The translations under genes were made by a program, and so were the position numbers. The notes beneath the pieces are model-generated. The model was given only the letters and a program-made list of their open reading frames with translations, was not told where the DNA came from and searched no databases. A stretch of 64,000 bases of DNA from a virus. The stretch lies in the IMG/VR virus record IMGVR_UViG_3300042330_000875, positions 32,001 through 96,000 of that record. The stretch is one strand, 5' to 3'. Numbering within the stretch: the first letter of the stretch is position 1; every line of letters starts with the position of its first letter. This document shows, piece by piece, positions 57,933 to 64,000 of the stretch.

Positions 57933-58358
57933 ATGCCGTTCGCTGAAATTTTGAAACCGCTTCAGGAGAAGCACGCTGAATTAACGGCAGTTATAAAAAA
58001 TCTACAAATTCAGATTGATTTACATAAGGATAATTTACGACACTTAGAAGCGACGATGCGGTTATTCGATGGTAGCACACCCATTCTCACAAAGAAGGAA
58101 GAGAAGGCGAAGATTTTTTGGCATGGTGAATTATCACGCCTGATTATGGATGCGTTGCGCGGGAAGGAATCTGGTTTGAGTACGACAGATATAACGCATG
58201 CTGTTATGTTGACTAAAAATCTCGATTCGGAAGACAAGAATTTTGTGAAGGAGATAAAGGAGCAGGTAACGCGGTGTTTATCGCGTCAAAAGTCTATTGG
58301 GTTATTGAGTTCGAAAAAATCCGATGGGAAGGATTATATTTGGGATATTAAAGATTAA
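57933..58358 (+). CDS. IS1595-associated coiled-coil/winged-helix hypothetical protein
   Basis: HAEL..DNLRHLEATMRLF..FWHGELSRLIMDALR. Confidence 0.65.
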   Translation: MPFAEILKPLQEKHAELTAVIKNLQIQIDLHKDNLRHLEATMRLFDGSTPILTKKEEKAKIFWHGELSRLIMDALRGKESGLSTTDITHAVMLTKNLDSEDKNFVKEIKEQVTRCLSRQKSIGLLSSKKSDGKDYIWDIKD

Positions 58359-58394
58359 TATTATAAATATATATTAACATATTGGAGAATTTTT

Positions 58395-58625
58395 ATGGAA
58401 GATATTTTTAAAGATGCAGAAGTAGTGTATATGACTTCTGAGGAAATAAGAAATTTGAAAACCAATTTAGATGGTGTTTTGGAAAATATTAAAACCTTAA
58501 TTACGCCAGAATGGCTTGAAAATCATCCTCGCCAGATCGTGAACGGCAGAGAATATTATGATTTTAATAAAGAGGATTACGATTTATTAGGAATAAAATT
58601 AAGAACAATTATTTTGTCGTATTAA
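58395..58625 (+). CDS. Hypothetical protein
   Basis: ORF with GGAG RBS. Confidence 0.55.
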   Translation: MEDIFKDAEVVYMTSEEIRNLKTNLDGVLENIKTLITPEWLENHPRQIVNGREYYDFNKEDYDLLGIKLRTIILSY

Positions 58626-58818
58626 TAATATTTTTTTCTACAAACTCTAGATAATCATCGTAATTACTGAATTCCAAATCACCAAGAAGCTTATTTCCGT
58701 CATTTTGAATTATTCTAGCCACTATATATGGGGTAGTTGTTGCCGAATTTAATTTATAAGCTGGAATGATAGTGACGTAATTATTCTTGAATGTATCTAG
58801 CGTAAATGATATTGACAT
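58609..58818 (-). CDS. Hypothetical protein
   Basis: ORF with GAGG RBS. Confidence 0.45.
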   Translation of the reverse strand: MSISFTLDTFKNNYVTIIPAYKLNSATTTPYIVARIIQNDGNKLLGDLEFSNYDDYLEFVEKNIINTTK

Positions 58819-58891
58819 AATTCCTCACTCGCATTGATCCGGTAAATTTGGTACAACCAAATAGGCGCGCTTGCAACAGTTTTTCCCCTTT

Positions 58892-59869
58892 TTATTTTTG
58901 CTGATTACGTTGCCAATACCCGGAAAAATCAACCGAGGGGCGATTAACACAAACCAACCGAAGAACGCGGTCGAATTGAGCCACATTCCCGTCAGAACGA
59001 TGATCTTCACGAAAAGCCATCTCGCGCGCGTACCGATCAAGGTAAACGCCCGAAAGGTGATGATGATGCCCCAATTCAGCACGACGCAACCGCGAAAAGA
59101 AACTTTCAGCTTGATTCGTACATGCACCTTCAAAACTGTAAGCTTCGCTGTGATTGATCCGTTTCATGTCGAATTTGGCATGTAGATTATTCCAAGCCCG
59201 TGCTTCATCGGCATGAATTGTGGTTCCTTTTTCGACATTTTGTTTAATGAAATTTAGGCTTTGTTCTTCAGAAGCGAAAGTTTTGGTTTTCGTCTTGCCA
59301 TTGCGTTCGCGGATGACAACGACGCATTTGCGTTTGCCGGTTTGGTTTTCAGCCAAGCGCCGATCTTTGCGTTCGGTTTTGAGATTTTCAGGGCGCATGT
59401 GTCCGCCGAAGTAAGCCCCATCGATTTCAACCGTTTTATCGATACCGCCGATTTCGTTCTGATTGATTTCCGACGCCATCGCTTCGCGCAATTTATGCGT
59501 TAAGACGAAGGCCGTCTTATACTGAACATCCAGATCGCGGCTCAAAGCCAAAGCCGATTTGCCTTTGACTTCGTTGACGAAAATTGCAATAGCGGCAAGG
59601 TACATGTTCAAAGGGAGTTTATGCCAAGCGAACAAGGTGCCCGAAGTAAGGGTGAATTCTTTCCGGCAATCTTTGCAGCGCCAACGGCGCGTTCCTGATT
59701 TCCGGGGGCAGAAATAAAGCGTCAAGGAGCCGCAATCGGGGCAATGAGGCGTGCCATCGGCCCAACGGATTTTTTGAAAGGCATCGGCGCTTTCCTCGGC
59801 AGTCATGCGAAAAATTTTCGCCAGGGAAAGGCCGCGAGCATCTTTTGAAAGGAGAAAATGTTGTGTCAT
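58892..59869 (-). CDS. IS1595-family DDE transposase (Zn ribbon plus ISXO2-like domain)
   Basis: CPDC..CKDC, VEIDGAYFGG, IHADE, INHS, TNQAESFFSRLRR, YAREMAFR. Confidence 0.95.
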   Translation of the reverse strand: MTQHFLLSKDARGLSLAKIFRMTAEESADAFQKIRWADGTPHCPDCGSLTLYFCPRKSGTRRWRCKDCRKEFTLTSGTLFAWHKLPLNMYLAAIAIFVNEVKGKSALALSRDLDVQYKTAFVLTHKLREAMASEINQNEIGGIDKTVEIDGAYFGGHMRPENLKTERKDRRLAENQTGKRKCVVVIRERNGKTKTKTFASEEQSLNFIKQNVEKGTTIHADEARAWNNLHAKFDMKRINHSEAYSFEGACTNQAESFFSRLRRAELGHHHHLSGVYLDRYAREMAFREDHRSDGNVAQFDRVLRLVCVNRPSVDFSGYWQRNQQK

Positions 59870-59984
59870 TTCACGTATCCATTGTTTAACTAACGAATAC
59901 GTTATGTTTTTGAAATCGCCTTGTCAACAGAAAAGATAACGTATATGTTGTTTTTATAACTTTTATGTTTGGGGGAGTTGGGGA

Positions 59985-60212
59985 ATGAGTAAGGAAGTTT
60001 GGGAAGAACGAGCGAAGCGGTTTTTAAAGGCCGAATTGAAGCGGCAAGGCGTGACGTATGAGGATTTGGCACACCGATTAAGTGCGTTAGGCATTTCGGA
60101 AACTGAGGGATCGGTAGGGATGAAGATTTCTCGGGGCACTTACCCGGCTTGGTTTTTGTTTGCGGTTATGAGTGTGATTGGAATTAGTGTTTTAAGATTG
60201 GAAAATGAATAG
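59985..60212 (+). CDS. DUF6471-like HTH protein divergent from the transposase
   Basis: LKAELKRQGVTYEDLA..KISRGT. Confidence 0.7.
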   Translation: MSKEVWEERAKRFLKAELKRQGVTYEDLAHRLSALGISETEGSVGMKISRGTYPAWFLFAVMSVIGISVLRLENE

Positions 60213-60241
60213 GGGCTAATAGCCCCTATTTAAAATTGTTT

Positions 60242-60850
60242 TCACTTTATAAATTCTTGTTTAACAATAATCCATTCATCATCTCGCGGCATTGATCCAT
60301 CTATGTTACCAGAATACCTTATAATGGCACCAAATTTTTGTTTATACATTACCCCTTTATCCTCATACTCGAAATTGGATACAATTGAATATGTACAGTC
60401 TCCGTAAAAAGTCGCAGAAACATCATTAGTCGTGGGGTCGGCATAAATTTTCTTATTGCTTGGTAAGGGCACAAGCATTTTCCTTAGAGTAGTATAATAT
60501 GCATCCATAACGCTCCATCCATTTCCAGAACAATAATCTCTTTTTACGTTTTCGATTTTTGTTCTGCTATAGCTATCGTATATATTTTTCCTTCTTTCCA
60601 ATTCCCGCATAACTGCACTATCGTCTATGACATTATTTTGCTGTTGATTTTTCTCTTTCTCCTGTTTCTCTTTTTCTTTTTTCTCAAGCTCAATTTTTTC
60701 GGCTAAAATTTTACTCTGAGTTTCTTTTTCCTGCTGTACCTTTTTTTGTTCCTCGACCTTGACCTTTTCGGCTTTGTCCGATTCTTTATAAAGATAAATC
60801 ATAATCATAGCGACTATGACCAAAAACACATTTTTCAAGCTGAATTTCAT
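60242..60850 (-). CDS. Membrane-anchored hypothetical protein
   Basis: N-terminal TM, charged linker, C-terminal domain. Confidence 0.65.
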   Translation of the reverse strand: MKFSLKNVFLVIVAMIMIYLYKESDKAEKVKVEEQKKVQQEKETQSKILAEKIELEKKEKEKQEKEKNQQQNNVIDDSAVMRELERRKNIYDSYSRTKIENVKRDYCSGNGWSVMDAYYTTLRKMLVPLPSNKKIYADPTTNDVSATFYGDCTYSIVSNFEYEDKGVMYKQKFGAIIRYSGNIDGSMPRDDEWIIVKQEFIK

Positions 60851-60897
60851 AGTAAATTACTCCTGTGATTAGGATGTTGAAAGAGTTTTTCTAAATA

Positions 60898-62685
60898 TTA
60901 ACCGACATAATACGCCACTCCTTCATACTGGAAGTTACCAATCAATTTCACAGCATCGCGTTCAGAAACACTATCGGTATAAAAATGAGTTCCCGTTTTC
61001 GTGTTATAGAAACGGAATAACTCATGCGAACCTTCAATCTTGGTATCGCTTGCCATGTACGCCGTCCCTTCAAACTGGAACCCGGCTAATGCATTCACTG
61101 CATCGCGTTCTTTGGCATCGATTGTGTAGAAGTGGGTTCCGGTATTGGCATTGAAGAAGCGATAAACGGGATCATCGCCACCAGCTAAAGCCTTGAAGCC
61201 GACGCCTTCATAAAGGAACTGGTCGAGATTATTCAGAACGGTGTTTCGTTCGGTCTGGCTATTGGAATAGAAGTGCGTCCCTGTTTGGGTATTATAAAAC
61301 CGATAAATGTTCAATGGATCAGCCGAACCATTGAAAACTGATACATCCAATTTCAAATTATTGAATTGGACCGTTTCGACATTGGTTAATCGGTCGGTTC
61401 CGTCTTCGGATTTAACGATGACGGTTGACCCATCGATTTTTAAACGAACATTAGCGTTGTACGTAGCGTTGATAACAACCGTGTCGTTTCCGGCCCCAAG
61501 ATTGATTGTATCGCTGCCACGGCCACCAGAAACGCTATCGGCACCTGAAGAACCCGTAATCGTGTCGTTATTAAAGGAGCCGCTGTACGTGCCTGCAATG
61601 GTCTTTGTGAGGCCGTCTAGCTCACCATCGGTATAAGCAGTGCGAACAACGTTTTCTGCTTGTTTATCGATGACGGTCCAATCATTATTATTCCCATTGT
61701 TTTCGGCTGTAGAGGTATTTCTCCCATTCCAAACGGCAGTTCCCATAAATTTATCGCCTAATTCGCTACTCATGACCGAAAGAACAGCCTTATACCAATC
61801 AGCTTGTTCTTTTTGGTCCGAAGGGGCTAAGTTATAATCACTTGGTTCTTGCATCGTTCCAGAGCCGTCATAACTTTGAACGCCAATTTCAGTAAACATA
61901 ATTTTCTTACCGGTTGTTTCAGCAAGATTTTTTAGGTAATCAACCCAATTTACTTTTCTTGAGTTATCACCATATAAAGCGCGAACAAAATCATCATAAT
62001 TCGCGTTCTTACTGAGTGTTAATTGCGGATAAAAATCTACTCCGATGTAATCAAGTTTATCAAGCCACTTGATATTCGCCAATTCATTGGCTGGAACATA
62101 ATTAGGCTGAAAGCCCACAAATGCGGCATAGGTTAATTTGCCTGAATAAACTGAACGGATTTGTGAAATTAGGCTTTCCCAATATCCCTTTGTGTCGCCA
62201 GTTGTGAAATGAAGCATCTCATTCCCAATTGCAATGGCTTCAACTCCCTTTGATTGGCAAGCTTTCGCTAAATCAACCATATACGCGGTATATTGTTGAA
62301 AGAATGCAGCTTTATCACCAACATTTGAGTTGGTTGGTAAATTAAAATTTGTAAACTTATCCAGACCATTTTCTACATAGAAATCTACTACTTGTTGACG
62401 AATGGTAACAGCTAACCCTTGATTATGGAGATAATCGGCTTTGCTCATCAATTCATCAATGGTGTAACCGCCACGCACTGGAATCGTATTTTGGTAATAT
62501 GTTACTGCCAAAGGGTCAAAGTTATTCTTATCTTCTTCCCATTCAACGATGCTGCCAAGATAGGCGTGATTTGCCCCCATAGTTTTGTACTGATCGACAA
62601 TATAATTAAAATTAACTTCGCTATAGGTAATGTTTTTTGTTCCCATATATGTGAAGGCTTTTTGTTCGAAACGAGTGGTTTGCAT
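60898..62685 (-). CDS. GH113-like TIM-barrel glycoside hydrolase with RTX Ca-binding and YRFYN repeats
   Basis: IGNEM acid/base, YSGKLTYAA, DYIGVDFY, FTEIG nucleophile; GGRGSDTI repeats; three YRF(Y/F)N..TGTHFY repeats. Confidence 0.75.
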   Translation of the reverse strand: MQTTRFEQKAFTYMGTKNITYSEVNFNYIVDQYKTMGANHAYLGSIVEWEEDKNNFDPLAVTYYQNTIPVRGGYTIDELMSKADYLHNQGLAVTIRQQVVDFYVENGLDKFTNFNLPTNSNVGDKAAFFQQYTAYMVDLAKACQSKGVEAIAIGNEMLHFTTGDTKGYWESLISQIRSVYSGKLTYAAFVGFQPNYVPANELANIKWLDKLDYIGVDFYPQLTLSKNANYDDFVRALYGDNSRKVNWVDYLKNLAETTGKKIMFTEIGVQSYDGSGTMQEPSDYNLAPSDQKEQADWYKAVLSVMSSELGDKFMGTAVWNGRNTSTAENNGNNNDWTVIDKQAENVVRTAYTDGELDGLTKTIAGTYSGSFNNDTITGSSGADSVSGGRGSDTINLGAGNDTVVINATYNANVRLKIDGSTVIVKSEDGTDRLTNVETVQFNNLKLDVSVFNGSADPLNIYRFYNTQTGTHFYSNSQTERNTVLNNLDQFLYEGVGFKALAGGDDPVYRFFNANTGTHFYTIDAKERDAVNALAGFQFEGTAYMASDTKIEGSHELFRFYNTKTGTHFYTDSVSERDAVKLIGNFQYEGVAYYVG

Positions 62686-62808
62686 AACGGTAATCTCCTT
62701 CTGAAAAAAATAGCGTTACAGAAACTCAAAAGAATTTCTGTTTTTACCCAACTATTGATTTACGAAAAAAAGGTTTAGGCGCTTCTGAAACGCCTAAACC
62801 TTTTGGAT

Positions 62809-62961
62809 TTAAGCTTGGAAAGGTCCAGAAACAATCGAACCTTTGCCGTATTGCTGCTCAAGCATGGACCTTGCGTTTCCGGGATTACTCGCTTGGACGG
62901 TAACATCTTCATATGCCCCGTTCGGAAGCCTTACGCGCGCTTTATACGTCTTAGTTGACAT
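62809..62961 (-). CDS. Small hypothetical protein (50 aa)
   Basis: MSTKTYKARVRLPNG..VQASNPGNARSMLEQQYGKG; followed by terminator 62769-62804. Confidence 0.6.
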   Translation of the reverse strand: MSTKTYKARVRLPNGAYEDVTVQASNPGNARSMLEQQYGKGSIVSGPFQA

Positions 62962-63072
62962 TTTTCACTCCTGATTGACACCAAACCGCAGATCGAACCG
63001 CTTAACGGCTCAACCTTTTAATCTTTACTATAGTGAATGGTTTGAGGGCTGTAAAGTCCTCAGTGTGCCCGT

Positions 63073-63321
63073 ATGGACATTCGGGAACTGGTTGGATCAA
63101 ATCTTAAACGTTTGCGACTGGAGCGAGGCATAAGCCAAGAAACGCTTGCAGCAGAAGCAGGTATAGCCTCTAGCTTTCTCAGTCAGATCGAAAATGGAAA
63201 ACGCAGCGCAACCATAACAACGCTCGATATTTTGACTAAAACTCTTAATGTCAATATAATTGAATTATTCTCTGAACTCTCTGAAATCCCAAAGGGATTA
63301 CCAAGAGGTCGGCGAAAATAG
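63073..63321 (+). CDS. XRE-family HTH regulator
   Basis: NLKRLRLERGISQETLA..LSQIENG. Confidence 0.9.
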   Translation: MDIRELVGSNLKRLRLERGISQETLAAEAGIASSFLSQIENGKRSATITTLDILTKTLNVNIIELFSELSEIPKGLPRGRRK

Positions 63322-63377
63322 CTACCCAAATCCTTTATCCTCAAACCTGCCAATCCCGTTAGACGACATATGTTAAT

Positions 63378-63600
63378 ATGTTTTGAGGAGGTTTCGGGCT
63401 TCTTATGAGAAGCCTTAGCGGTCGATGCTGCGATTGATCGGCTCTATGTGTATCGATTGGAACGGAATCAGGAAAACCCTACCGTTGCCCTCTTAGATCG
63501 ACTCGCAAATGCACTCGGTTGTGACACACGGGATTTTTTCGATGAACCCAATGGCGAATCGCTTCCCGCCCTCAAAAGCGGCAGAAAGAAAAAATCTTAA
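63378..63600 (+). pseudogene. Degraded second XRE HTH gene
   Basis: EALAVDAAIDRLYVYRLERNQENPTVALLDRLANAL..LKSGRK preceded by an in-frame TGA. Confidence 0.6.
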
Positions 63601-63801
63601 ATTTTTACCATTAAAAGTAATTAATGCCTATGCAATTTCGGCCATATGTGTAAACGCCCATCTTGCTTTGATATAACCGTGCTAAATTTAACAGACAATT
63701 TAATTCACTAACCTTCATCAAAATTTGAGCTTCAATTTGTAAAATGTCATTTTGCATTGTTCGGCCTTTCAATAAATTATGATTGTATTTATATTTGATG
63801 A

Positions 63802-64000
63802 ATGAAATTTTATTTCGATATTGACATACCTCTCAGAATTGATAATGCTTTTTTGGAGAGCCATAGATATAAAGAGATTTCAGAAATGGACGAAAATCAG
63901 AAAAAAATCCTTAATGAGTTAAAATTCTTTGAACATAAAAGAGAAGAATTAAAAAGAGATTTTGATAAAAAAGAATATTTTCATTTTGAGTATCGTTTCG
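63802..64000 (+). CDS. Hypothetical protein, partial (runs off window)
   Basis: Open frame MKFYFDIDIPLRIDN... to the end. Confidence 0.5.
   Translation, partial: MKFYFDIDIPLRIDNAFLESHRYKEISEMDENQKKILNELKFFEHKREELKRDFDKKEYFHFEYRF

Larger units (their letters stand above)
57834..64000. mobile_element. IS1595-family (ISNha5-like) transposon with passenger genes; other end outside the window
   Basis: Abrupt GC rise; putative TIR CGGTATTATGTAGCAAACGCCACTAA at ~57835-57860; transposase; no matching inverted copy seen in the window. Confidence 0.7.

Noticed and set aside
3731-62778. Short antisense or alternate-frame ORFs in the track (e.g. 4353, 12480, 30191, 30496, 32086, 50831, 52235, 57640, 58825, 58871, 61307, 62419)
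   Set aside because: They overlap well-supported genes, promoter cassettes or the IS end, lack RBS and motifs, and look like shadow ORFs.
1-64000. CRISPR array, tRNA or rRNA genes
   Set aside because: No regularly spaced direct repeats with unique spacers and no cloverleaf or rRNA-like sequence recognised by eye; a tRNAscan run is still advisable.

Overview
Positions 1 to ~57,830 are part of a very AT-rich, large T4-related (jumbo-type) myophage genome read in the standard code. It encodes gp32-like SSB, UvsX/RecA with a mini-intein, UvsY, UvsW, dNMP kinase, gp25, spanins, two paralogous fibre/structural modules, ClpP and ClpA, MoxR AAA plus VWA-metallopeptidase, and auxiliary genes (TilS, PTH2-like, NadE, Nudix, IscA, PilZ, Acb1, deaminases, and a modification-enzyme cluster). 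From ~57,834 to the end, a higher-GC IS1595-family (ISNha5-like) cargo transposon, probably alphaproteobacterial, is inserted; its other end lies outside the window. The most striking feature is a dispersed 19-copy family of ~100-110 aa proteins. They share an HRLTGPA scaffold with hypervariable positions and three interchangeable C-terminal tails, show signs of mosaic exchange, and have their own intergenic repeats. One tail helix is shared with four unrelated proteins, one of which is encoded just upstream of clpP. Other oddities: a VWA-N/MoxR-C chimeric gene, a stop codon at the centre of a perfect 45-bp palindrome inside a gene, many loopless palindromes, a candidate structured sRNA and a stand-alone antitoxin-like peptide. 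All calls come from motif recognition by eye; no searches were run.
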